DNA of 64,000 nucleotides from an uncultured Candidatus Binatia bacterium (lineage in GTDB: Bacteria; Desulfobacterota; Binatia; Bin18): NCBI GenBank assembly GCA_965214605.1, contig OZ243961.1, positions 2,496,001 through 2,560,000 of the forward strand. Direction: 5' to 3'. How positions within the stretch are numbered: the stretch's first letter is position 1; each line of letters starts with the position of its first letter. Positions 21,742-31,516 of this stretch are shown piece by piece. The notes beneath the pieces were generated by a model. That model made no database searches. It worked only from the letters and a program-made list of their open reading frames with translations, and was not told the origin of the DNA. Both the position numbers and the translations under genes were made by a program.

Positions 21742-22503
21742 ATGCGAATCACAGACAAAGTCGCGCTGGTAACGGGCGGCAGCCGGGGGATTGGCCGGGC
21801 TATTAGCCTACGGCTGGCCGAAGAAGGTGCCAGGGTCGCTATTGCCGATATTTTGGAGCATGAGGCCCAGCAGACTGTTGATGACATCACAGCCAAGGGA
21901 GGCCAAGCGCTGGCCGTTACCACCGATGTTGCTCAGCTCGCGCAGGTTCGGGCCTGTGTTCAACGCGTCACAGACGGCTGCGGACCGATCGACATTCTGG
22001 TCAATAATGCTGGCTGGGACAAGATTGAGCCATTTGTTGAGAGCGCACCCGAGACCTGGGACAAGGTCATTGCGATTAACCTGAGAGGACCAATCAATTT
22101 CTGCCATACGATCGCTCCGCAGATGATAGCGCGCAAGCGGGGCAAAATCATTTCGGTCAGTTCGGACGCCGGACGGGTTGGCTCGACTGGCGAGGCCGTT
22201 TACTCGGCGTGTAAAGCCGGCATTATTGGGTTCTCCAAAACCTTGGCTCGCGAGCTCGCTCGCTCGCGGGTCAACGTCAATGTTGTCTGCCCTGGTCCGA
22301 CCGATACGGCGCTACTCCAGCAAGTCACCAAGGGGGAACGTGGTGCGCGGGTGATTGAAGCCATGACTCGGGCAGTGCCGTTCCGCCGTCTGGGCCAGCC
22401 CCAAGAGATCGCTAATGCGGTGGCGTTTTTTGCCTCGTCGGATGCGGATTTTGTAACCGGCCAAGTCCTGTCAGTGAGTGGTGGCCTAACCATGGCCGGC
22501 TGA
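21742..22503 (+). CDS. SDR oxidoreductase (BadH-like 3-hydroxyacyl-CoA dehydrogenase type)
   Basis: TGGSRGIG, NNAGWD, SDAGRVGS, YSACK, VSGGLTM. Confidence 0.85.
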   Translation: MRITDKVALVTGGSRGIGRAISLRLAEEGARVAIADILEHEAQQTVDDITAKGGQALAVTTDVAQLAQVRACVQRVTDGCGPIDILVNNAGWDKIEPFVESAPETWDKVIAINLRGPINFCHTIAPQMIARKRGKIISVSSDAGRVGSTGEAVYSACKAGIIGFSKTLARELARSRVNVNVVCPGPTDTALLQQVTKGERGARVIEAMTRAVPFRRLGQPQEIANAVAFFASSDADFVTGQVLSVSGGLTMAG

Positions 22504-22518
22504 GGAAAGCGGGCGGTC

Positions 22519-23304
22519 GTGCGATTTGTGGATAAAGTCGCCCTGATCACCGGCTCTTCGCGCGGAATTGGCCGGGCGATTGCCTTGCGTTTGGCCTCGG
22601 AAGGCGCACGGATTGTGGTCAATTATCACCGTAACGCTGAACAGGCGCGGGCGGTCGTTGGTGAGGTCAGGCGGTGTGGCTCTCAAGCGGTCGCGATCCA
22701 GGCCGATATGAGCGACGGTGAGGCCGTGCGCACCATGTTCCTTCAGGTTGGAGAGCGTTACGGACGGCTCGACATCCTGGTCGTGAACGCGGCGGCGACG
22801 ACATTTCGACCTTTGCTCCGGCAGAAAGAACACAATGTGATGCGGACGTTTGCACTTACGATCAGCGGCTCATTACTCGCGGTGCAGGAGGCCGTGCCGC
22901 TGATGCGCGGCCGCCGGGCTAAGATCGTGACCATCTCGGGCATTGATTCGCTGCGCATGCTGTCCGGACACGGGCTACTGGGAGCGGCCAAAGCCGCCCT
23001 GGAAAATATGACCATGTATCTTGCCCACGAACTCGGGCCCCATGGGATCGCGGTCAACGGTATTAACCCCGGTCTGATTGAAACTGACTCCTCAAAGATG
23101 TACGCCGGTGGTGAGGAGGCCTACGCCGAGTACGAGCGGGACGTGATCCCCCATACAGCGGCCGGCCGGGTTGGGCGACCCGACGATATTGCCGCGGTCA
23201 CGGCCTTTCTGTGCTCTGAGGACGCCGATTTTATTCGGGGACAAACCCTGCTCGTTGATGGCGGGCTGCTGTCTTCGTCAATCGCTAGCCGACCGCATGA
23301 ATGA
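22519..23304 (+). CDS. SDR, FabL-like enoyl reductase
   Basis: TGSSRGIG, NAA, GAAKAALE, NGINPG.I.TD. Confidence 0.8.
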   Translation: MRFVDKVALITGSSRGIGRAIALRLASEGARIVVNYHRNAEQARAVVGEVRRCGSQAVAIQADMSDGEAVRTMFLQVGERYGRLDILVVNAAATTFRPLLRQKEHNVMRTFALTISGSLLAVQEAVPLMRGRRAKIVTISGIDSLRMLSGHGLLGAAKAALENMTMYLAHELGPHGIAVNGINPGLIETDSSKMYAGGEEAYAEYERDVIPHTAAGRVGRPDDIAAVTAFLCSEDADFIRGQTLLVDGGLLSSSIASRPHE

Positions 23305-23319
23305 AGGAGAAGGGGAAGC

Positions 23320-24366
23320 GTGTCAGAGCTGCACAGACTGCCCTTCTCCAACCGGCAGCTAGAGCGCGTCTTTGCCCAGCTGCCCGGACGGCCGCCCCTA
23401 CACGTCCGTGATGTGTTGTCCGGTAATATCAACACAATTGTCAAAGTAGAGTGTGAAGGCCGGCTGTATGGGGTGCGGGTCCGTACCCAGGAGCAGGTGT
23501 ACCGCTATGAGCCAGACCTGGTTAAAGAAGCGTTTGTCACCGCACTGCTCAAACCCCACGCTCGGCCACCCACCGATATCGCTATTGCCCAGTTGTTTGA
23601 CACACTGCTGAGTGCCCGGTGCGGCAGACTTGACAGCGCTCAAACCGTCTTGCCGCCGATACACTACTACGACTGGACCCGTCAGATCCTAGCCCATCCC
23701 TACTGTGTGTATGAATGGGTAGACGGGGTGCCCCTGTGGGAGGTGCCTAGAGCAGACTTATACCGCGCTGCGGGGCAGGCTTTGTCTCAGGTTCATACCA
23801 TCCAGTTTGAAACCTGGTACGCCGATTTCCCGTCCATTGGAAAAGAGCCGTTGGGCTGGTCCGAACGCTTCCCTAGCGCGCTCACCAAAGAGATTGACGC
23901 CGCCTCTCGGCGTCTGCCATCAGCGCTTGCCGAGGCGGTGACCAGGCTTCGTCTGCCCGACACTCTTGATGTGACAGCGTGTCTGCTTCACAACGATTTT
24001 TCACCAGGCAATATCTTGGTTGCGGACGGCCGTCTGACTGCCATTATCGACTGGGATAACGCTGTTGTTGACGCGCCAGCCCTAGACTTTGTGAAGATGA
24101 AGTACTGGACGGCTAAGGATAGGCGTGGTCAGCTCGCACCACAGCCAGATTTATTCGGAGCTTTTCTTAATGGCTACGGGCTGGCTGGCCAAGATATTGT
24201 TGAGTCTCTAAGTTTCGCGTTGTATGAAATGCTGTGGCTGTTACGGGTGTTCAATTTTGAGTACGCAAAGCAAGAGCAGAGCATAGCCCAGACTCCGGGA
24301 TACCCCGGAGCTGGCACGTATGAGGCTTTCCTGTCCGAAGTGCTGACAAGGCTGAGCCGGTTCTGA
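23320..24366 (+). CDS. Aminoglycoside phosphotransferase / choline kinase family protein
   Basis: HNDFSPGNIL and IIDWD motifs. Confidence 0.8.
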   Translation: MSELHRLPFSNRQLERVFAQLPGRPPLHVRDVLSGNINTIVKVECEGRLYGVRVRTQEQVYRYEPDLVKEAFVTALLKPHARPPTDIAIAQLFDTLLSARCGRLDSAQTVLPPIHYYDWTRQILAHPYCVYEWVDGVPLWEVPRADLYRAAGQALSQVHTIQFETWYADFPSIGKEPLGWSERFPSALTKEIDAASRRLPSALAEAVTRLRLPDTLDVTACLLHNDFSPGNILVADGRLTAIIDWDNAVVDAPALDFVKMKYWTAKDRRGQLAPQPDLFGAFLNGYGLAGQDIVESLSFALYEMLWLLRVFNFEYAKQEQSIAQTPGYPGAGTYEAFLSEVLTRLSRF

Positions 24367-24380
24367 CGAGGAAAAGGAGG

Positions 24381-24779
24381 ATGAAAATGGATGCTGTGTG
24401 GTTTGGACAGTTCGCCGTGACCACGTTTTTCGCCGTGGCTTTTTTGCAATCTGCGACTGATAAATGGATAGATAGTAAGGGCAACCTCGAGTTTCTAACC
24501 GACCATTTTTCCAAGAGTCCTCTGGCCGGTACGGTAACGCCGATGTTTTGGGCGATTACGATCATCGAGTCTGCAGCCGGGGTGCTGTGCGCTATCGGGG
24601 CCGTCCAAGTCCTGTTTGGCCTGGGCGGTGAGCTCGCGCTCTGGGGGATTATTGTTTCTACCTTGGCCCTGCTGAGTCTCTTCTTTGGCCAGCGGCTGGC
24701 CCAGGATTATGCCGGGGCGGTGGTTATTGCCGGCTATTTCGCGGTTGCCCTGCTGGGCTTAGTCTTATTCCAGTCATAA
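24381..24779 (+). CDS. DoxX-like membrane protein
   Basis: Four TM segments; FLQS..DK..D..GN..FL..HF, FGQR.AQDY; strong RBS AGGAGG. Confidence 0.75.
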   Translation: MKMDAVWFGQFAVTTFFAVAFLQSATDKWIDSKGNLEFLTDHFSKSPLAGTVTPMFWAITIIESAAGVLCAIGAVQVLFGLGGELALWGIIVSTLALLSLFFGQRLAQDYAGAVVIAGYFAVALLGLVLFQS

Positions 24780-24807
24780 ACGTTGGGCGTAGCCATCAGG
24801 GTATAGT

Positions 24808-26025
24808 CTAGGAAGAAGACTCCACATAAAAGCCGACAATCTCTTCAATGACAGTGTGCGCGTGACGGACCAGCAGCTCTTGATCTTGCAGGACAAAGTG
24901 AGTCTTTGCGCCCGAGGCCAACATCGACTGGGTGGCTTCCAGGGTGCTAGCGCCTTCAAGCAGCGCATCACGCAACAGGACTTTGCTGTACTCTTGGCTG
25001 AAACGCTGAGCCGCATTTTCTGCCTGGGGAAAATAAGTGTGGACTTCCCACAGCGTTCGGTCTACCTCCAGTGGCCAGAAATGATGGGTTAGATATGTTC
25101 CATCAAACACGAACACGTCGAAGTTTGGAAAGAGCATATTGGCGTCAAAAGCCCAGAAACGGCTACGGGTCGGGTTCACACCCGGCGGTAGCCGGTCCAT
25201 ATCCCTGTCGCGGTTGACAATCGACGATCCAAATCGATGGGCCAGCAGTTCAAGAACTGACGGCTTATGCTCGGGATTGCCGAACACCGACATGCGGTGG
25301 TTGCGTTTGTATAGTTGGAAAGCAAAGGCATGGGCAAACGGATTGTCTTTGCTGGTAAACGAGTCGGGTAAAGAACGTCTGTGGATAAACGGTACGTGGT
25401 AGGCTTCATGAAAAGCGTCTTTGATGACCTTCCAATTGGCCCTGATCTCAGTCGTCCAGGAAAAGCACGTGCACAGCTTATCAAACGGATAACCGGCCAG
25501 ACCAGTGCTCAACTCGCCTAACTGTTCTGGTAGCGTTTCGTTCGGCTGCGGACTCAGATTGACAAAGATGAAACCTTCCCAGCTGTCGCTTGTAATCGGG
25601 CTTAGGCCAAGTTGATTTTTCTCGAGCCCAAAAAAGTTGCCCTCAGCCGGCACAAAGCGCAGTTCGCCGTCAAGTCCATACGACCAGCCGTGGAACTTAC
25701 AGGTAAAGACTTGGCAGTGGCCCCCGCGCTCCCAGACCACCTTGTTGCCCCGGTGTGAGCACATATTATGAAAGGCTCGTATGCAGCCGTCTCCTCCCCG
25801 CACCACAAGGACTGAGGTGTGACACACTGGCAAGTCTTTGACAAAATAATCCCCGGGCTCTGGGATCTGCTCCAGCCGTCCAACGTTCAGCCAAAATTGC
25901 TTGAAGATTTTTTCACGCTCCTGTGCAAAGTAGGCGGGTGACACGCAGGGCTCAATCGGGATCGGCCTAGTGCCGAGTTCGGGATAGTCAGCGTGCCAGA
26001 TCTTGCCGTTGGCTTGGCTATCCAT
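24808..26025 (-). CDS. Rieske ring-hydroxylating oxygenase alpha subunit
   Basis: CSH...CKFHGW Rieske site; EAYH....H iron site. Confidence 0.9.
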   Translation of the reverse strand: MDSQANGKIWHADYPELGTRPIPIEPCVSPAYFAQEREKIFKQFWLNVGRLEQIPEPGDYFVKDLPVCHTSVLVVRGGDGCIRAFHNMCSHRGNKVVWERGGHCQVFTCKFHGWSYGLDGELRFVPAEGNFFGLEKNQLGLSPITSDSWEGFIFVNLSPQPNETLPEQLGELSTGLAGYPFDKLCTCFSWTTEIRANWKVIKDAFHEAYHVPFIHRRSLPDSFTSKDNPFAHAFAFQLYKRNHRMSVFGNPEHKPSVLELLAHRFGSSIVNRDRDMDRLPPGVNPTRSRFWAFDANMLFPNFDVFVFDGTYLTHHFWPLEVDRTLWEVHTYFPQAENAAQRFSQEYSKVLLRDALLEGASTLEATQSMLASGAKTHFVLQDQELLVRHAHTVIEEIVGFYVESSS

Positions 26026-26042
26026 GCTGCCTCCTCTCGCCC

Positions 26043-26912
26043 TCAGTTTTGTATACTCGCCTCTCGCGCAAAGCGTTCCATCAGTTGCATCAATTCGGAG
26101 AAATCGTTTGTCCAGGCGCGAAACGACAGGTAGACATGGTGTATCCCGAGTTGCTCGTAGCGGGGCAGGTCGCTCAACAGCTGGTCGAGACTAGATGCTG
26201 AGAGGGGCAGCATACAAATCTGGAGGTCTTCCATCCGGCGGCCAGCCCGGTCGATCAGCTCGCGCAGGGTCTCCAGCGGAGCCTCAATTGCCTGCGGACT
26301 ATTCCCCATGGCGATCCACCCGTCGCCGCGTCGGGCCACCCGGCGCAGAGCGCCCTTTGTCATACCGCCGATCAGGACCGGCGGACGTGGGGTCTGGACT
26401 GGCTGTGGCAGGCATTTGATATCGGTAATCTCAAAATGTTTACCGCTGAAGTTGACCAGCGGCTGGGTCCAGGCCGTCTTAAAGATATCAATCGTCTCAT
26501 CGGTACGGCTGCCGCGCTCTTTTATGGACACCCCTAGGGCGTCAAATTCCTTCTCCAACCAACCAGCGCCCACCCCGACGACCGTGCGTCCACCGGACAA
26601 CACATCAATCGTGGCCAGGGTTTTGGCCGTCGCCAACGGATGGCGGTAGGGCAGTATAAGGACCGCGGTGCCCAGTTTGACCCTGGTGGTTTTGAGTGAC
26701 AGAGCGGCCAGAACGCTTAGCGGTTCTAGAAACGGATCGTCTGGGTTAAAGGCATAGCCACCCTCCATCTGAGACGGAAACACCAGGTGGTCAGCCACCC
26801 AGACCGTGCTATACCCTAGCGTCTCCGCCGCCTCCGCTGCGGTGACAATTCTGTGGGCTGAGTCTTCGCTCGCAAACGCCGTAAAATGGGGCAGGACAAT
26901 GCCATAGTCCAT
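26043..26912 (-). CDS. LLM-class (probably F420-dependent) oxidoreductase
   Basis: WVADH, EP...LA, D.LSGGR, GAGW...EF, PQP.Q.P.PP..IGG. Confidence 0.88.
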   Translation of the reverse strand: MDYGIVLPHFTAFASEDSAHRIVTAAEAAETLGYSTVWVADHLVFPSQMEGGYAFNPDDPFLEPLSVLAALSLKTTRVKLGTAVLILPYRHPLATAKTLATIDVLSGGRTVVGVGAGWLEKEFDALGVSIKERGSRTDETIDIFKTAWTQPLVNFSGKHFEITDIKCLPQPVQTPRPPVLIGGMTKGALRRVARRGDGWIAMGNSPQAIEAPLETLRELIDRAGRRMEDLQICMLPLSASSLDQLLSDLPRYEQLGIHHVYLSFRAWTNDFSELMQLMERFAREASIQN

Positions 26913-26984
26913 ACGCAGTATCTCCTGAGAAAAACATAAAGGCAAGTTTTTGCTGGCTTCGTACGCGCGTGCAAAAGCTTCTCT

Positions 26985-27725
26985 CTATGCTGCGGCCACG
27001 CCGTCTTCCTCTCCCGCAGCCACCCGGAGAATTCCTTCTTGGGCGGCCCGAAACTTCTTACACCAGGTTTTGAGCGCGCTCCGAATTTTTTCTTGTCGCT
27101 GAGGGGTGGTGGCGTACTCTCGCACCAACTCGTAGACCGGTTCTCCGTGTGCCTCAGCCTCACCCATATGGGCGTAGAAAAACTCTAGAGCGTGACGAGT
27201 CAGGCCATAGTGCTCGGCTAAGCCGTGGACGAGCCGTTCGGTGGAGTTCTCCCTCCGACTTTCTCCGCCGATAGACATAGCCGCTAAGGTTACCAAGCCG
27301 TACTCCCTGCGCCCAAGTTCGATGACCCAATCGACATAGTCGAGGGCAGCCCGGGCGACCTTGGGGTAGGTTAACTCTTGCGGAGTGGCGCCCAGGGCTT
27401 CGGCCAGCCGCTGAGATAGTCGCCAGTGCGCATCCTCACCACGACCCATTCTGGTCTCCTCGTCAATTAGATTCTCGACAATATGGCGACGAATCTTTTG
27501 ATCGATCGGACCCAGACCTGTGTTCAGAAAAATTCCGCCAAAGGCCCGGATGTGTTGCCCGGTGCGATAGTGGTGCTGGATGGCCCATTTTTTGAGCGTC
27601 TCACGGTCGATGGTGCCAGCCATCACCCCGGCAAAAAAATGGGTACCATACAGGGGCGCTTTTTCCTGCTGTGCCATATAGCCGCGCAGCTCTTTAATAA
27701 AGGCGTCCGAATCTGCCGTAGACAT
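26985..27725 (-). CDS. Heme-oxygenase-like diiron enzyme (TenA/PqqC/CADD superfamily)
   Basis: ENLIDEE......H, E, FF..H...E.H spacing. Confidence 0.75.
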   Translation of the reverse strand: MSTADSDAFIKELRGYMAQQEKAPLYGTHFFAGVMAGTIDRETLKKWAIQHHYRTGQHIRAFGGIFLNTGLGPIDQKIRRHIVENLIDEETRMGRGEDAHWRLSQRLAEALGATPQELTYPKVARAALDYVDWVIELGRREYGLVTLAAMSIGGESRRENSTERLVHGLAEHYGLTRHALEFFYAHMGEAEAHGEPVYELVREYATTPQRQEKIRSALKTWCKKFRAAQEGILRVAAGEEDGVAAA

Positions 27726-27929
27726 TCCACCATCCTCCCCTGTGGTCTTTCGACGTGCAGTCCCTGGGCTATTTTTTGTCTTGACAGACTCATGCATAGC
27801 AGACAAGAAACCGGCAAGCAAAAGGAGAAGGAAAAACGGCTGAGATGCATTGACACAGGAGAACCGGCAGGCCAAATAAAGAGGACCCAAGAGGCAACAA
27901 GCCGGGAAATGACACACTGGAGACACACT

Positions 27930-29012
27930 ATGGCCGGATACGACAAAGAGATTGATCGTGACAAAGTCCAAGAAATCGCCGAAAATGTTTTTGGACTGCT
28001 GAGTGGTGCTGTGATGTCCGCCATGGTGTATCTGGGCGACCGCATGGGACTCTATCAGGCGCTCGAAGATACCGGGCCGATGACGAGTCAGGAACTGGCC
28101 GACAAGACGGGTCTACATGAGCGCTGGATTCGTGAGTGGGTACAGGGACAAGCCACAGCCAAGCTGCTTGAATACCGGGGCGAGGGGTGTTTTGAGTTAT
28201 CACCCGAAGCTGCCCTAGTGCTGGCCAACGAGAACAGCCCGGCCTTTGCCGCAGGTGGGTTTTGCTCTCTCCCGCAGCAAATGGCGGTGCTGGAAAAACT
28301 CCCCGAATCGTTCAAAACCGGCATAGGTCTACCATATGACGCATTTGGACCGGAGGGCGCACGCGGAGTTGAGCGGCTGATTGCACCGTGGTTCCGGACT
28401 CATCTTGTGCCGCGCGCCCTGCCGCAGCTGGACGGCGTTGTGCCCAAACTCGAGGCTGGCGCAAAAGTGGCTGATGTGGGCTGCGGCTCGGGCGTGGCCC
28501 TGATTGAGATGGCCAAGGTTTATCCCAAGTCAGAGTTTCACGGCTATGATATTTCAAAATACGCTCTGGCTCGGGCAGGAGAAAAAAAGGCCGAGGTAGG
28601 TCTGCACAACGTCACTTTTCACGATGCCAACGGGGATTCCATCCCAGACGACCACAGCTTTGACTTTATCTCAACCTTTGACTGCCTGCACGACATGGCC
28701 AATCCAAGCCCAGTCATGCACGCGATCTATCGGGCCCTCAAGCTGGATGGGACGTGGCTGATTGCCGATATTCACAGTTTGCCGACCTTCGAAGAGAACC
28801 TGGAGCAGAATCCTTTGGCCCCTATGTTCTACGGCTTTTCAGTGTTGTGCTGTATGTCATCGGCCATGTCCGAACCTGGCGGCGAGGGCCTTGGTACGCT
28901 CGGCTTTACCGAGCCGGTGGCACGCAAGATGGTCTCCGAGGTCGGTTTTACCCGTTTCAAGCGGCACGACTTCAAAAACCCGATTAACGCCTACTACGAA
29001 GTTCGGCCGTAG
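27930..29012 (+). CDS. Class I SAM-dependent methyltransferase with N-terminal wHTH (Rv2258c-like)
   Basis: GDRMGLY, ERWIREW, DVGCGSG, DCLHDM, GLGT. Confidence 0.9.
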   Translation: MAGYDKEIDRDKVQEIAENVFGLLSGAVMSAMVYLGDRMGLYQALEDTGPMTSQELADKTGLHERWIREWVQGQATAKLLEYRGEGCFELSPEAALVLANENSPAFAAGGFCSLPQQMAVLEKLPESFKTGIGLPYDAFGPEGARGVERLIAPWFRTHLVPRALPQLDGVVPKLEAGAKVADVGCGSGVALIEMAKVYPKSEFHGYDISKYALARAGEKKAEVGLHNVTFHDANGDSIPDDHSFDFISTFDCLHDMANPSPVMHAIYRALKLDGTWLIADIHSLPTFEENLEQNPLAPMFYGFSVLCCMSSAMSEPGGEGLGTLGFTEPVARKMVSEVGFTRFKRHDFKNPINAYYEVRP

Positions 29013-29316
29013 GTACAGGTTTCCACGGCTCGCTCAAACTCCGATTCGTCCTACTGGAATACCACAAATGGGAGACGCCCTGGAAGAAAGTCTTGGGGGC
29101 GTGGGGCGAGGACGGCCTCCATCGAAACTGAGAGGCGATTTTTCTGCGGAATCTGGCTCCGGACCGGACCGATAAACTCCCACCCATTCCGCTCCCTTTG
29201 GTTTCCTTTTGCCAGCACCCTGGGCCGAGCTTGTTGGTTTTGCTCTAGCATCGGACGCGGCCTCGTCTGAAGCGGTGCACCGGAAGATGGAGGCTCTGCA
29301 AACTCAACTACCAGTG

Positions 29317-29832
29317 CTAGTCGCACGGTGCTTGGCGCTTGATCTTGTCAACCAGATACCACGACATGTAGCCTGCGTATTTGTCCTGGAGATCTTTGCG
29401 TCGCCAGTCCTGACCAGTGACAATTTTGCGGCAGTTGACCGTTCCACAGTGGCACTCCATTGCATCCGGTTCGTCGTCGGTCATCGCCCAGTCGTGGGTA
29501 AGCTCCTCCCCGGTGACAATGTCGCGCATGGCGACAAATACAATCTGGCCCTGTACGCCGATATTGGGGTCGCAGGAATGATTGCTAAAAATCATGCTAC
29601 CATTGCGTTCTTCTGCAGACAGCGGACCAATATACAAATCCCCGGCAATTGGGATTTCCGCTGGACCAAGTGTTTTTTCCAGCGCGTCACGGGTTTGACG
29701 ATTAAAGATATAGCCGCCTTTAACGGCGACGACCTCACCTTTTTTTATCGGTCCAGTGGCAAATAGCCCCCGGCCGTGAATGGGGCTATCTTTGACCGTG
29801 GTCCTGGGAGACAGGTAGGACAGACTCGGCAT
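29317..29832 (-). CDS. SET-domain lysine methyltransferase with post-SET cysteines
   Basis: HGRGLFA, NHSCDPN, RDI..GEELT.D, CHCG..NCR. Confidence 0.92.
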   Translation of the reverse strand: MPSLSYLSPRTTVKDSPIHGRGLFATGPIKKGEVVAVKGGYIFNRQTRDALEKTLGPAEIPIAGDLYIGPLSAEERNGSMIFSNHSCDPNIGVQGQIVFVAMRDIVTGEELTHDWAMTDDEPDAMECHCGTVNCRKIVTGQDWRRKDLQDKYAGYMSWYLVDKIKRQAPCD

Positions 29833-29913
29833 GAAGGGCTCTTTCCCTGTTGGATAGGAGACAAGTTATGCCCTAGTCGCAAGAGTAATTCGTGGCATTA
29901 ATGCCCGTGAGCT

Positions 29914-30396
29914 CTAGTCTGATGCCTTTACTGTGGACCCAGGCAGGGGCGCAAAATGGATACTGATAATGCGCCATTTTTCTGCCGGGTGGGCGTAGGT
30001 CAGCATGTACTGGCCGTGGGAGATGTTCTGCGTTCCGCCTGTGGGTATGGCCGTCAGTTCGTAGTGGCCCCACGCGACTCCGGTCGATCCGGCGACTAGG
30101 TACTGGGGATAGACGAGTCTCAGGACCGCGCTCTCGTGACTGTCAAAATACTCTTTGACGGCCTCCTGAAAAGCGCTTTTGCCTTCAATCGGAAACGGCG
30201 AATACAGACCGTACACAACGATATTTTCGTCGGCTGGGTCAACCGCTGCTGCCAGGTCTCTAGTGTTGAGCGCCTGGATTTCTGCTTCAAAACTGTCAAT
30301 GAGGGCCTGCCGAAGGTCTTGGACCCAGACAGGGGTCCATCCACCAGCACCTAGACTGATGACACCCACCATCAAGCCGACTCGGAGCACGTACAT
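29914..30396 (-). CDS. Secreted NTF2/SnoaL-like protein
   Basis: Signal-like N-terminus; EGK.A, WG.Y, W.II..H.. C-terminus. Confidence 0.75.
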   Translation of the reverse strand: MYVLRVGLMVGVISLGAGGWTPVWVQDLRQALIDSFEAEIQALNTRDLAAAVDPADENIVVYGLYSPFPIEGKSAFQEAVKEYFDSHESAVLRLVYPQYLVAGSTGVAWGHYELTAIPTGGTQNISHGQYMLTYAHPAEKWRIISIHFAPLPGSTVKASD

Positions 30397-30414
30397 GGGC
30401 CCTTCCTTAAGTTC

Positions 30415-30870
30415 TTACGAGAGCGACGAGAAATCTAGGGCAACCAACACCCATTTGTCAATCTGCTTGGTGTAGGTGAAGGTATAGCGTCCGTGGAGCA
30501 CCCGGCGTGGACCAACCCGGCGCTGTTCGCGCAAGGTGTAATGTCCCCATGCCAGAGCGCTCGTGCCGATGACCAAGAATTTGGCGTCGACCGGCTCCCA
30601 TTTGGCATAGTCGTGATCGGCAAAATATTGCCGGATGAGTCGTTGAATAGCAGCCTTACCCTCGACCGCAAAGGGCGTCAGGGTTCCGAATAAGACTGCT
30701 TGATCATGGGCGGCGACGGTGAAAGCGTTCGCGTCTTGGCCGTTAAACAAACGAATGTCGGTTTCAAATAGCTTCCTCAGTTGGACGATCTCGTCTTGCT
30801 GGGCGGTCGCCGATCCGCTTAGGCTACAGAGGGCTAGGGCCAGGGCCATCAGGAATTTTTTGCCATCCAT
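30415..30870 (-). CDS. Secreted NTF2/SnoaL-like protein (paralogue)
   Basis: Signal peptide; PFAVEGK, WGHY, GRYTFTY...W. Confidence 0.78.
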   Translation of the reverse strand: MDGKKFLMALALALCSLSGSATAQQDEIVQLRKLFETDIRLFNGQDANAFTVAAHDQAVLFGTLTPFAVEGKAAIQRLIRQYFADHDYAKWEPVDAKFLVIGTSALAWGHYTLREQRRVGPRRVLHGRYTFTYTKQIDKWVLVALDFSSLS

Positions 30871-31072
30871 ACGGTCCTCCTAATGGAGCTGCGGAGCGTG
30901 TGGTCCTCCTCATTCTTAAAACCTGAGTCCCCAATCCAAAGCAAACACCTCTGGCTCCGGCTACCTCCGGCAGTTGGCGTCCGTTTGAGGGGGTGCCCCG
31001 CGGCTGAAAATGCACGTTGACAATACACACTCCTGATGACACATTCCAGCCTGAATGAGGAGATACACCATA

Positions 31073-31507
31073 ATGCGAAAAAACCTCAAACCTGAAGAAC
31101 TAGGCGACTTTCTGGAACAGGCCAAGTGCGCCACCCTGGCCACCCGTTTCCGCAACGGCACGACGCTCCTGTCACCGGTATGGCACGAGTGGTGGGGAGG
31201 TGGTTTTAACGTTACGGTCGCGGCCGGTGACATCAAAGCCCGCCATATCGAACGCGATGCGCGGGTGAGTATCAGCATTGCGGAAGACACGCCGCCGTAT
31301 CGGGGTATTGAAGTCCGAGGCCGAGCAACCTTTGGCAAAGAAGGAGCCAAGGAGGTCACGCGGCGTATTGCTGTGCGCTATCTCGGTCCTGGGCAGGGTG
31401 CTAGCTACGCGGATATGGTGGCCGAGGCCGATCTGGTTCTGATCCGGATTAAGCCGGAAGTCTTACGAGCCTGGGATTTTGCTGATGAGCCGGAACTGGC
31501 CGGCTAA
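31073..31507 (+). CDS. PPOX-class (pyridoxamine 5'-phosphate oxidase-like, probably F420-binding) protein
   Basis: LAT...G....PVW, K...I.RD.RVS, WDF. Confidence 0.85.
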   Translation: MRKNLKPEELGDFLEQAKCATLATRFRNGTTLLSPVWHEWWGGGFNVTVAAGDIKARHIERDARVSISIAEDTPPYRGIEVRGRATFGKEGAKEVTRRIAVRYLGPGQGASYADMVAEADLVLIRIKPEVLRAWDFADEPELAG

Positions 31508-31516
31508 AAGGCAGAG

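Noticed and set aside
27483-27929. N-terminal extensions of the 509-aa and 328-aa ORFs
   Set aside because: They overlap the divergent gene; family motifs begin at 27930 and 27725 respectively.
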